NCBI GenBank assembly: GCA_964057225.1
Contig: OZ059899.1
Coordinates: 18,724,001-18,788,000, forward strand
Length of the DNA stretch: 64,000 nucleotides
Direction of reading: 5' to 3'
Origin: Auanema rhodensis
Lineage: Eukaryota; Animalia; Nematoda
In this document: one piece after another, positions 40,601 to 54,400 of the stretch
Layout: each line of letters starts with the position of its first letter
Position numbering within the stretch: position 1 is the stretch's first letter
The notes under the pieces: generated by a model
Databases searched by the model: none
Told to the model about the DNA's origin: nothing
What the model saw: only the letters and a program-made list of their open reading frames with translations
Translations under genes and position numbers: made by a program

Positions 40601-43600
40601 TTGCTTCCAAAAACATTTTTACAAAAATTTTTCCGAAAAATTTCGAAATAATTTCGCAGAAAGTAGATGTTTTTAAATTCCTTTTTTCAAGGCAAAGACG
40701 ATGGACATTGTTATTCAACGAAAAAATTAATTCTGCAGGGTGAAAATCGAGGATATAAGTGTGAACTTATATTAGTTGATATCTCGGTGCATTTTTAAGC
40801 TAGCGCAAATCTGATAACACAGATCGACGCAGCTTAAAAATCCGCATCGAATGCACTATACTACATTGAGAAACGCTTAATACAAAAATTAGTTATGATC
40901 GTTTGAAAAATGATGCATTAGTGTATGTTGAGTTTCCATGTACACTCAACATTGCTTCCAAAAACATTTTGACAAAAATTTTTCCGAAAAATTTCAAAAT
41001 AATTTTGCAAAAAGTAGATGTTTTTAGATTCCTTTTTTCAAGGCAAAGACGATGGACAAAGTTATTCAACGAAAAAATTAATTCTGCAGGGTGAAAATCG
41101 AGGATATAAGTGCGAACTTATATCAGTTGATATCTCGGTGCATTTTTAAGCTAGCGCAAATCTGATAACACAGATCGACGCAGCTTAAAAATCCGCATCG
41201 AATGCACTATACAACATTGAGAAACGCTTAATACAAAAATTAGTTAAGATCGTTTGAAAAAAGATGCATTAGTGTATGTTGAGTTTCCATGTACACTCAA
41301 CATTGCTTCCAAAAACATTTTTACAAAAATTTTTCCGAAAAATTTCGAAATAATTTCGCAGAAAGTAGATGTTTTTAAATTCCGTTTTTCAAGGCAAAGA
41401 CGATACACAATGTTATTCAACAAAAAAATTAATTCTGCAGGGTGAAAATCGAGGATATAAGTGTGAACTTATATCAGTTGATATCTCGGTGCATTTTTAA
41501 GCTAGCGCAAATCTGATAACACAGATCGACGCAGCTTAAAAAGCCGCATCGAATGCACTATACAACATTGAGAAACGCTTAATACAAAAATTAGTTATGA
41601 TCGTTTGAAAAATGATGCATTAGTGTATGTTGAGTTTCCATGTACACTCAACATTGCTTCCAAAAACATTTTTACAAAAATTTTTCCGAAAAATTTCGAA
41701 ACAATTTCGCAAAAAGTAGATGTTTTTAGATTCCTTTTTTCAAGGCAAAGACGATGGACATTGTTATTCAACGAAAAAATTAATTCTGCAGGGTGAAAAT
41801 CGAGGATATAAGTGTGAACTTATATCAGTTGATATCTCGGTGCATTTTTAAGGTAGCGCAAATCTGATAACACAGATCGACGCAGCTTAGAAATCCGCAT
41901 CGAATGCACTATACTACATTGAGAAACGCTTAATACAAAAATTAGTTATGATCGTTTGAAAAAAGATGCATTAGTGTAAGTTGAGTTTCCATGTACACTC
42001 AACATTGCTTCCAAAAACATTTTTACAAAAATTTTTCCGAAAAATTTCGAAATAATTTCGCAGAAAGTAGATGTTTTTAAATTCCTTTTTTTAAGGCAAA
42101 GACGATGGACATTGTTATTCAACGAAAAAATTAATTCTGCAGGGTGAAAATCGAGGATATAAGTGTGAACTTATATTAGTTGATATCTCGGTGCATTTTT
42201 AAGCTAGCGCAAATCTGATAACACAGATCGACGCAGCTTAAAAATCCGCATCGAATGCACTATACTACATTGAGAAACGCTTAATACAAAAATTAGTTAT
42301 GATCGTTTGAAAAATGATGCATTAGTGTATGTTGAGTTTCCATGTACACTCAACATTGCTTCCAAAAACATTTTGACAAAAATTTTTCCGAAAAATTTCA
42401 AAATAATTTTGCAAAAAGTAGATGTTTTTAGATTCCTTTTTTCAAGGCAAAGACGATGGACAAAGTTATTCAACGAATAAATTAATTCTGCAGGGTGAAA
42501 ATCGAGGATATAAGTGCGAACTTATATCAGTTGATATCTCGGTGCATTTTTAAGCTAGCGCAAATCTGATAACACAGATCGACGCAGCTTAAAAATCCGC
42601 ATCGAATGCACTATACAACATTGAGAAACGCTTAATACAAAAATTAGTTAAGATCGTTTGAAAAAAGATGCATTAGTGTATGTTGAGTTTCCATGTACAC
42701 TCAACATTGCTTCCAAAAACATTTTGACAAAAATTTTTCCAAAAAATTTCAAAATAATTTCGCAAAAAGTAAATGTTTTTAGATTCCGTTTTTCAAGGCA
42801 AAGACGATACACAATGTTATTCAACAAAAAAATTAATTCTGCAGAATGAAAATCGAGGATATAAGTGTGAACTTATATCAGTTGATATCTCGGTGCATTT
42901 TTAAGCTAGCGCAAATCTGATAACACAGATCGACGCAGCTTAAAAATCCGCATCGAATGCACTATACAACATTGAGAAACGCTTAATACAAAAATTAGTT
43001 ATGATCGTTTGAAAAATGATGCATTAGTGTATGTTGAGTTTCCATGTACACTCAACATTGCTTCCAAAAACATTTTGACAAAAATTTTTCCGAAAAATTT
43101 CAAAATAATTTTGCAAAAAGTAGATGTTTTTAGATTCCTTTTTTCAAGGCAAAGACGATGGACAATGTTATTCAACGAAAAAATTAATTCTCCAGGGTGA
43201 AAATCGAGGATGTAAGTGTGAACTTATATCAGTTGATATCTCGGTGCATTTTTAAGCTAGCGCAAATCTGATAACACAGATCGACGCAGCTTAAAAAGCC
43301 GCATCGAATGCACTATACAACATTGAGAAACGCTTAATACAAAAATTAGTTATGATCGTTTGAAAAATGATGCATTAGTGTATGTTGAGTTTCCATGTAC
43401 ACTCAACATTGCTTCCAAAAACATTTTTACAAAAATTTTTCCGAAAAATTTCGAAACAATTTCGCAAAAAGTAGATGTTTTTAGATTCCTTTTTTCAAGG
43501 CAAAGACGATGGACATTGTTATTCAACGAAAAAATTAATTCTGCAGGGTGAAAATCGAGGATATAAGTGTGAACTTATATCAGTTGATATCTCGGTGCAT

Positions 43601-46600
43601 TTTTAAGGTAGCGCAAATCTGATAACACAGATCGACGCAGCTTAGAAATCCGCATCGAATGCACTATACTACATTGAGAAACGCTTAATACAAAAATTAG
43701 TTATGATCGTTTGAAAAAAGATGCATTAGTGTAAGTTGAGTTTCCATGTACACTCAACATTGCTTCCAAAAACATTTTTACAAAAATTTTTCCGAAAAAT
43801 TTCGAAATAATTTCGCAGAAAGTAGATGTTTTTAAATTCCTTTTTTCAAGGCAAAGACGATGGACATTGTTATTCAACGAAAAAATTAATTCTGCAGGGT
43901 GAAAATCGAGGATATAAGTGTGAACTTATATTAGTTGATATCTCGGTGCATTTTTAAGCTAGCGCAAATCTGATAACACAGATCGACGCAGCTTAAAAAT
44001 CCGCATCGAATGCACTATACTACATTGAGAAACGCTTAATACAAAAATTAGTTATGATCGTTTGAAAAATGATGCATTAGTGTATGTTGAGTTTCCATGT
44101 ACACTCAACATTGCTTCCAAAAACATTTTGACAAAAATTTTTCCGAAAAATTTCAAAATAATTTTGCAAAAAGTAGATGTTTTTAGATTCCTTTTTTCAA
44201 GGCAAAGACGATGGACAAAGTTATTCAACGAAAAAATTAATTCTGCAGGGTGAAAATCGAGGATATAAGTGCGAACTTATATCAGTTGATATCTCGGTGC
44301 ATTTTTAAGCTAGCGCAAATCTGATAACACAGATCGACGCAGCTTAAAAATCCGCATCGAATGCACTATACAACATTGAGAAACGCTTAATACAAAAATT
44401 AGTTAAGATCGTTTGAAAAAAGATGCATTAGTGTATGTTGAGTTTCCATGTACACTCAACATTGCTTCCAAAAACATTTTGACAAAAATTTTTCCAAAAA
44501 ATTTCAAAATAATTTCGCAAAAAGTAAATGTTTTTAGATTCCGTTTTTCAAGGCAAAGACGATACACAATGTTATTCAACAAAAAAATTAATTCTGCAGA
44601 ATGAAAATCGAGGATATAAGTGTGAACTTATATCAGTTGATATCTCGGTGCATTTTTAAGCTAGCGCAAATCTGATAACACAGATCGACGCAGCTTAAAA
44701 ATCCGCATCGAATGCACTATACAACATTGAGAAACGCTTAATACAAAAATTAGTTATGATCGTTTGAAAAATGATGCATTAGTGTATGTTGAGTTTCCAT
44801 GTACACTCAACATTGCTTCCAAAAACATTTTGACAAAAATTTTTCCGAAAAATTTCAAAATAATTTTGCAAAAAGTAGATGTTTTTAGATTCCTTTTTTC
44901 AAGGCAAAGACGATGGACAATGTTATTCAACGAAAAAATTAATTCTCCAGGGTGAAAATCGAGGATGTAAGTGTGAACTTATATCAGTTGATATCTCGGT
45001 GCATTTTTAAGCTAGCGCAAATCTGATAACACAGATCGACGCAGCTTAAAAATCCGCATCGAATGCACTATACAACATTGAGAAACGCTTAATACAAAAA
45101 TTAGTTATGATCGTTTGAAAAATGATGCATTAGTGTATGTTGAGTTTCCATGTACACTCAACATTGCTTCCAAAAACATTTTTACAAAAATTTTTCCGGA
45201 AAATTTCGAAACAATTTCGCAAAAAGTAGATGTTTTTAGATTCCTTTTTTCAAGGCAAAGAAGATGGACAATGTTATTCAACGAAAAAATTAATTCTGCA
45301 GGGTGAAAATCGAGGATATAAGTGTGAACTTATATCAGTTGATATCTCGGTGCATTTTTAAGGTAGCGCAAATCTGATAACACAGATCGACGCAGCTTAG
45401 AAATCCGCATCGAATGCACTATACTACATTGAGAAACGCTTAATACAAAAATTAGTTATGATCGTTTGAAAAAAGATGCATTAGTGTAAGTTGAGTTTCC
45501 ATGTACACTCAACATTGCTTCCAAAAACATTTTTACAAAAATTTTTCCGAAAAATTTCGAAATAATTTCGCAGAAAGTAGATGTTTTTAAATTCCTTTTT
45601 TTAAGGCAAAGACGATGGACATTGTTATTCAACGAAAAAATTAATTCTGCAGGGTGAAAATCGAGGATATAAGTGTGAACTTATATTAGTTGATATCTCG
45701 GTGCATTTTTAAGCTAGCGCAAATCTGATAACACAGATCGACGCAGCTTAAAAATCCGCATCGAATGCACTATACTACATTGAGAAACGCTTAATACAAA
45801 AATTAGTTATGATCGTTTGAAAAATGATGCATTAGTGTATGTTGAGTTTCCATGTACACTCAACATTGCTTCCAAAAACATTTTGACAAAAATTTTTCCG
45901 AAAAATTTCAAAATAATTTTGCAAAAAGTAGATGTTTTTAGATTCCTTTTTTCAAGGCAAAGACGATGGACAATGTTATTCAACGAAAAAATTAATTCTC
46001 CAGGGTGAAAATCGAGGATGTAAGTGTGAACTTATATCAGTTGATATCTCGGTGCATTTTTAAGCTAGCGCAAATCTGATAAAACAGATCAACGCAGCTT
46101 AAAAATCCGCATCGAATGCACTATACAACATTGAGAAACGCTTAATACAAAAATTAGTTATGATCGTTTGAAAAATGATGCATTAGTGTATGTTGAGTTT
46201 CCATGTACACTCAACATTGCTTCCAAAAACATTTTTACAAAAATTTTTCCGGAAAATTTCGAAACAATTTCGCAAAAAGTAGATGTTTTTAGATTCCTTT
46301 TTTCAAGGCAAAGAAGATGGACAATGTTATTCAACGAAAAAATTAATTCTGCAGGGTGAAAATCGAGGATATAAGTGTGAACTTATATCAGTTGATATCT
46401 CGGTGCATTTTTAAGCTAGCGCAAATCTGATAACACAGATCGACGCAGCTTAAAAAGCCGCATCGAATGCACTAAACAACATTGAGAAACGCTTAATACA
46501 AAAATTAGTTATGATCGTTTGAAAAATGATGCATTAGTGTATGTTGAGTTTCCATGTACACTCAACATTGCTTCCAAAAACATTTTGACAAAAATTTTTC

Positions 46601-49600
46601 CGAAAAATTTCAAAATAATTTTGCAAAAAGTAGATGTTTTTAGATTCCTTTTTTCAAGGCAAAGACGATGGACAATGTTATTCAACGAAAAAATTAATTC
46701 TCCAGGGTGAAAATCGAGGATATAAGTGTGAACTTATATCAGTTGATATCTCGGTGCATTTTTAAGGTAGCGCAAATCTGATAACACAGATCGACGCAGC
46801 TTAGAAATCCGCATCGAATGCACTATACTACATTGAGAAACGCTTAATACAAAAATTAGTTATGATCGTTTGAAAAAAGATGCATTAGTGTAAGTTGAGT
46901 TTCCATGTACACTCAACATTGCTTCCAAAAACATTTTTACAAAAATTTTTCCGAAAAATTTCAAAATAATTTCGCAGAAAGTAGATGTTTTTAAATTCCT
47001 TTTTTCAAGGCAAAGACGATGGACATTGTTATTCAACGAAAAAATTAATTCTGCAGGGTGAAAATCGAGGATATAAGTGTGAACTTATATTAGTTGATAT
47101 CTCGGTGCATTTTTAAGCTAGCGCAAATCTGATAACACAGATCGACGCAGCTTAAAAATCCGCATCGAATGCACTATACTACATTGAGAAACGCTTAATA
47201 CAAAAATTAGTTATGATCGTTTGAAAAATGATGCATTAGTGTATGTTGAGTTTCCATGTACACTCAACATTGCTTCCAAAAACATTTTGACAAAAATTTT
47301 TCCGAAAAATTTCAAAATAATTTTGCAAAAAGTAGATGTTCTTAGATTCCTTTTTTCAAGGCAAAGACGATGGACAATGTTATTCAACGAAAAAATTAAT
47401 TCTCCAGGGTGAAAATCGAGGATGTAAGTGTGAACTTATATCAGTTGATATCTCGGTGCATTTTTAAGCTAGCGCAAATCTGATAACACAGATCGACGCA
47501 GCTTAAAAATCCGCATCGAATGCACTATACAACATTGAGAAACGCTTAATACAAAAATTAGTTATGATCGTTTGAAAAATGATGCATTAGTGTATGTTGA
47601 GTTTCCATGTACACTCAACATTGCTTCCAAAAACATTTTTACAAAAATTTTTCCGGAAAATTTCGAAACAATTTCGCAAAAAGTAGATGTTTTTAGATTC
47701 CTTTTTTCAAGGCAAAGAAGATGGACAATGTTATTCAACGAAAAAATTAATTCTGCAGGGTGAAAATCGAGGATATAAGTGTGAACTTATATCAGTTGAT
47801 ATCTCGGTGCATTTTTAAGCTAGCGCAAATCTGATAACACAGATCGACGCAGCTTAAAAAGCCGCATCGAATGCACTAAACAACATCGAGAAACGCTTAA
47901 TACAAAAATTAGTTATGATCGTTTGAAAAATGATGCATTAGTGTATGTTGAGTTTCCATGTACACTCAACATTGCTTCCAAAAACATTTTGACAAAAATT
48001 TTTCCGAAAAATTTCAAAATAATTTTGCAAAAAGTAGATGTTTTTAGATTCCTTTTTTCAAGGCAAAGACGATGGACAATGTTATTCAACGAAAAAATTA
48101 ATTCTCCAGGGTGAAAATCGAGGATATAAGTGTGAACTTATATCAGTTGATATCTCGGTGCATTTTTAAGGTAGCGCAAATCTGATAACACAGATCGACG
48201 CAGCTTAGAAATCCGCATCGAATGCACTATACTACATTGAGAAACGCTTAATACAAAAATTAGTTATGATCGTTTGAAAAAAGATGCATTAGTGTAAGTT
48301 GAGTTTCCATGTACACTCAACATTGCTTCCAAAAACATTTTTACAAAAATTTTTCCGAAAAATTTCGAAATAATTTCGCAGAAAGTAGATGTTTTTAAAT
48401 TCCTTTTTTCAAGGCAAAGACGATGGACATTGTTATTCAACGAAAAAATTAATTCTGCAGGGTGAAAATCGAGGATATAAGTGTGAACTTATATCAGTTG
48501 ATATCTCGGTGCATTTTCAAGCTAGCGCAAATCTGATAACACAGATCGACGCAGCTCAAAAAGCCGCATCGAATGCACTAAACAACATCGAGAAACGCTT
48601 AATACAAAAATTAGTTATGATCGTTTGAAAAATGATGCATTAGTGTATGTTGAGTTTCCATGTACACTCAACATTGCTTCCAAAAACATTTTGACAAAAA
48701 TTTTTCCGAAAAATTTCAAAATAATTTTGCAAAAAGTAGATGTTTTTAGATTCCTTTTTTCAAGGCAAAGACGATGGACAATGTTATTCAACGAAAAAAT
48801 TAATTCTCCAGGGTGAAAATCGAGGATATAAGTGTGAACTTATATCAGTTGATATCTCGGTGCATTTTTAAGGTAGCGCAAATCTGATAACACAGATCGA
48901 CGCAGCTTAGAAATCCGCATCGAATGCACTATACTACATTGAGAAACGCTTAATACAAAAATTAGTTATGATCGTTTGAAAAAAGATGCATTAGTGTAAG
49001 TTGAGTTTCCATGTACACTCAACATTGCTTCCAAAAACATTTTTACAAAAATTTTTCCGAAAAATTTCGAAATAATTTCGCAGAAAGTAGATGTTTTTAA
49101 ATTCCTTTTTTCAAGGCAAAGACGATGGACATTGTTATTCAACGAAAAAATTAATTCTGCAGGGTGAAAATCGAGGATATAAGTGTGAACTTATATTAGT
49201 TGATATCTCGGTGCATTTTTAAGCTAGCGCAAATCTGATAACACAGATCGACGCAGCTTAAAAATCCGCATCGAATGCACTATACTACATTGAGAAACGC
49301 TTAATAAAAAATTAGTTATGATCGTTTGAAAAATGATGCATTAGTGTATGTTGAGTTTCCATGTACACTCAACATTGCTTCCAAAAACATTTTTACAAAA
49401 ATTTTTCCGGAAAATTTCGAAACAATTTCGCAAAAAGTAGATGTTTTTAGATTCCTTTTTTCAAGGCAAAGAAGATGGACAATGTTATTCAACGAAAAAA
49501 TTAATTCTGCAGGGTGAAAATCGAGGATATAAGTGTGAACTTATATCAGTTGATATCTCGGTGCATTTTTAAGCTAGCGCAAATCTGATAACACAGATCG

Positions 49601-51430
49601 ACGCAGCTTAAAAAGCCGCATCGAATGCACTAAACAACATTGAGAAACGCTTAATACAAAAATTAGTTATGATCGTTTGAAAAATGATGCATTAGTGTAT
49701 GTTGAGTTTCCATGTACACTCAACATTGCTTCCAAAAACATTTTGACAAAAATTTTTCCGAAAAATTTCAAAATAATTTTGCAAAAAGTAGATGTTTTTA
49801 GATTCCTTTTTTCAAGGCAAAGACGATGGACAATGTTATTCAACGAAAAAATTAATTCTCCAGGGTGAAAATCGAGGATATAAGTGTGAACTTATATCAG
49901 TTGATATCTCGGTGCATTTTTAAGGTAGCGCAAATCTGATAACACAGATCGACGCAGCTTAGAAATCCGCATCGAATGCACTATACTACATTGAGAAACG
50001 CTAAATACAAAAATTAGTTATGATCGTTTGAAAAATGATGCATTAGTGTATGTTGAGTTTCCATGTACACTCAACATTGCTTCCAAAAACATTTTTACAA
50101 AAATTTTTCCGGAAAATTTCGAAACAATTTCGCAAAAAGTAGATGTTTTTAGATTCCTTTTTTCAAGGCAAAGACGATGGACAATGTTATTCAACGAAAA
50201 AATTAATTCTCCAGAGTGAAAATCGAGGATGTAAGTGTGAACTTATATCAGTTGATATCTCGGTGCATTTTTAAGCTAGCGCAAATCTGATAACACAGAT
50301 CGACGCAGCTTAAAAATCCGCATCGAATGCACTATACAACATTGAGAAACGCTTAATACAAAAATTAGTTATGATCGTTTGAAAAATGATGCATTAGTGT
50401 ATGTTGAGTTTCCATGTACACTCAACATTGCTTCCAAAAACATTTTTACAAAAATTTTTCCGGAAAATTTCGAAACAATTTCGCAAAAAGTAGATGTTTT
50501 TAGATTCCTTTTTTCAAGGCAAAGAAGATGGACAATGTTATTCAACGAAAAAATTAATTCTGCAGGGTGAAAATCGAGGATATAAGTGTGAACTTATATC
50601 AGTTGATATCTCGGTGCATTTTTAAGCTAGCGCAAATCTGATAACACAGATCGACGCAGCTTAAAAAGCCGCATCGAATGCACTAAACAACATTGAGAAA
50701 CGCTTAATACAAAAATTAGTTATGATCGTTTGAAAAATGATGCATTAGTGTATGTTGAGTTTCCATGTACACTCAACATTGCTTCCAAAAACATTTTGAC
50801 AAAAATTTTTCCGAAAAATTTCAAAATAATTTTGCAAAAAGTAGATGTTTTTAGATTCCTTTTTTCAAGGCAAAGACGATGGACAATGTTATTCAACGAA
50901 AAAATTAATTCTCCAGGGTGAAAATCGAGGATATAAGTGTGAACTTATATCAGTTGATATCTCGGTGCATTTTTAAGGTAGCGCAAATCTGATAACACAG
51001 ATCGACGCAGCTTAGAAATCCGCATCGAATGCACTATACTACATTGAGAAACGTTTAATACAAAAATTAGTTATGATCGTTTGAAAAAAGATGCATTAGT
51101 GTAAGTTGAGTTTCCATGTACACTCAACATTGCTTCCAAAAACATTTTTACAAAAATTTTTCCGAAAAATTTCGAAATAATTTCGCAGAAAGTAGATGTT
51201 TTTAAATTCCTTTTTTCAAGGCAAAGACGATGGACATTGTTATTCAACGAAAAAATTAATTCTGCAGGGTGAAAATCGAGGATATAAGTGTGAACTTATA
51301 TTAGTTGATATCTCGGTGCATTTTTAAGCTAGCGCAAATCTGATAACACAGATCGACGCAGCTTAAAAATCCGCATCGAATGCACTATACTACATTGAGA
51401 AACGCTTAATAAAAAATTAGTTATGATCGT
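37601..51430. repeat. Variant domain III: 5-mer then 4-mer units containing the divergent 'S' monomer
   Basis: aaggtag first appears at 37641, together with cttagaaa and aaaagccgc. The S monomer (gtaagtt, gcagaaa, tttaaatt, tattagttg) starts at 40201. The aagaagatgg marker spans ~45260-50530. Confidence 0.8.
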
Positions 51431-54400
51431 TTGAAAAATGATGCATTAGTGTATGTTGAGTTTCCATGTACACTCAACATTGCTTCCAAAAACATTTTGA
51501 CAAAAATTTTTCCGAAAAATTTCAAAATAATTTTGCAAAAAGTAGATGTTTTTAGATTCCTTTTTTCAAGGCAAAGACGATGGACAAAGTTATTCAACGA
51601 AAAAATTAATTCTGCAGGGTGAAAATCGAGGATATAAGTGCAAACTTATATCAGTTGATATCTCGGTGCATTTTTAAGCTAGCGCAAATCTGATAACACA
51701 GATCGACGCAGCTTAAAAATCCGCATCGAATGCACTATACAACATTGAGAAACGCTTATAACAAATATTAGTTAAGATCGTTTGAAAAAAGATGCATTAG
51801 TGTATGTTGAATTTCCATGTACACTCAACATTGCTTCCAAAAACATTTTGACAAAAATTTTTCCGAAAAATTTCAAAATAATTTTGCAAAAAGTAGATGT
51901 TTTTAGATTCCTTTTTTCAAGGCAAAGACGATGGACAAAGTTATTCAACGAAAAAATTAATTCTGCAGGGTGAAAATCGAGGATATAAGTGTGAACTTAT
52001 ATCAGTTGATATCTCGGTGCATTTTTAAGCTAGCGCAAATCTGATAACACAGATCGACGCAGCTTAAAAATCCGCATCGAATGCACTATACAACATTGAG
52101 AAACGCTTAATACAAAAATTAGTTAAGATCGTTTGAAAAAAGATGCATTAGTGTATGTTGAGTTTCCATGTACACTCAACATTGCTTCCAAAAACATTTT
52201 GACAAAAATTTTTCCAAAAAATTTCAAAATAATTTCGCAAAAAGTAATAGTTTTTAGATTTCTTTTTTCAAGGCAAAGACGATGGACAATGTTATTCAAC
52301 GAAAAAATTAATTCTCCAGGGTGAAAATCGAGGATGTAAGTGTGAACTTATATCAGTTGATATCTCGGTGCATTTTTAAGCTAGCGCAAATCTGATAACA
52401 CAGATCGACGCAGCTTAAAAATCCGCATCGAATGCACTATACAACATTGAGAAACGCTTAATACAAAAATTAGTTATGATCGTTTGAAAAATGATGCATT
52501 AGTGTATGTTGAGTTTCCATGTACACTCAACATTGCTTCCAAAAACATTTTTACAAAAATTTTTCCGGAAAATTTCGAAACAATTTCGCAAAAAGTAGAT
52601 GTTTTTAGATTCCTTTTTTCAAGGCAAAGACGATGGACAATGTTATTCAACGAAAAAATTAATTCTGCAGGGTGAAAATCGAGGATATAAGTGTGAACTT
52701 ATATCAGTTGATATCTCGGTGCATTTTTAAGCTAGCGCAAATCTGATAACACAGATCGACGCAGCTTAAAAATCCGCATCGAATGCACTATACTACATTG
52801 AGAAACGCTTAATACAAAAATTAGTTATGATCGTTTGAAAAATGATGCATTAGTGTATGTTGAGTTTCCATGTACACTCAACATTGCTTCCAAAAACATT
52901 TTGACAAAAATTTTTCCGAAAAATTTCAAAATAATTTTGCAAAAAGTAGATGTTTTTAGATTCCTTTTTTCAAGGCAAAGACGATGGACAAAGTTATTCA
53001 ACGAAAAAATTAATTCTGCAGGGTGAAAATCGAGGATATAAGTGTGAACTTATATCAGTTGATATCTCGGTGCATTTTTAAGCTAGTGCAAATCTGATAA
53101 CACAGATCGACGCAGCTTAAAAATCCGCATCGAATGCACTATACAACATTGAGAAACGCTTAATACAAAAATTAGTTAAGATCGTTTGAAAAAAGATGCA
53201 TTAGTGTATGTTGAGTTTCCATGTACACTCAACATTGCTTCCAAAAACATTTTGACAAAAATTTTTCCAAAAAATTTCAAAATAATTTCGCAAAAAGTAA
53301 TAGTTTTTAGATTTCTTTTTTCAAGGCAAAGACGATGGACAATGTTATTCAACGAAAAAATTAATTCTCCAGGGTGAAAATCGAGGATGTAAGTGTGAAC
53401 TTATATCAGTTGATATCTCGGTGCATTTTTAAGCTAGCGCAAATCTGATAACACAGATCGACGCAGCTTAAAAATCCGCATCGAATGCACTATACAACAT
53501 TGAGAAACGCTTAATACAAAAATTAGTTATGATCGTTTGAAAAATGATGCATTAGTGTATGTTGAGTTTCCATGTACACTCAACATTGCTTCCAAAAACA
53601 TTTTTACAAAAATTTTTCCGGAAAATTTCGAAACAATTTCGCAAAAAGTAGATGTTTTTAGATTCCTTTTTTCAAGGCAAAGACGATGGACAATGTTATT
53701 CAACGAAAAAATTAATTCTGCAGGGTGAAAATCGAGGATATAAGTGTGAACTTATATCAGTTGATATCTCGGTGCATTTTTAAGCTAGCGCAAATCTGAT
53801 AACACAGATCGACGCAGCTTAAAAATCCGCATCGAATGCACTATACTACATTGAGAAACGCTTAATACAAAAATTAGTTATGATCGTTTGAAAAATGATG
53901 CATTAGTGTATGTTGAGTTTCCATGTACACTCAACATTGCTTCCAAAAACATTTTGACAAAAATTTTTCCGAAAAATTTCAAAATAATTTTGCAAAAAGT
54001 AGATGTTTTTAGATTCCTTTTTTCAAGGCAAAGACGATGGACAAAGTTATTCAACGAAAAAATTAATTCTGCAGGGTGAAAATCGAGGATATAAGTGTGA
54101 ACTTATATCAGTTGATATCTCGGTGCATTTTTAAGCTAGTGCAAATCTGATAACACAGATCGACGCAGCTTAAAAATCCGCATCGAATGCACTATACAAC
54201 ATTGAGAAACGCTTAATACAAAAATTAGTTAAGATCGTTTGAAAAAAGATGCATTAGTGTATGTTGAGTTTCCATGTACACTCAACATTGCTTCCAAAAA
54301 CATTTTGACAAAAATTTTTCCAAAAAATTTCAAAATAATTTCGCAAAAAGTAAATGTTTTTAGATTCCTTTTTTCAAGGCAAAGACGATGGACAATGTTA

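Noticed and set aside
48389-48628. Unique 79-aa ORF in another frame
   Set aside because: It arises because two substitutions (48518 and ~48557) remove TAA stops in one monomer. The same frame has several stops in the rest of the monomer.
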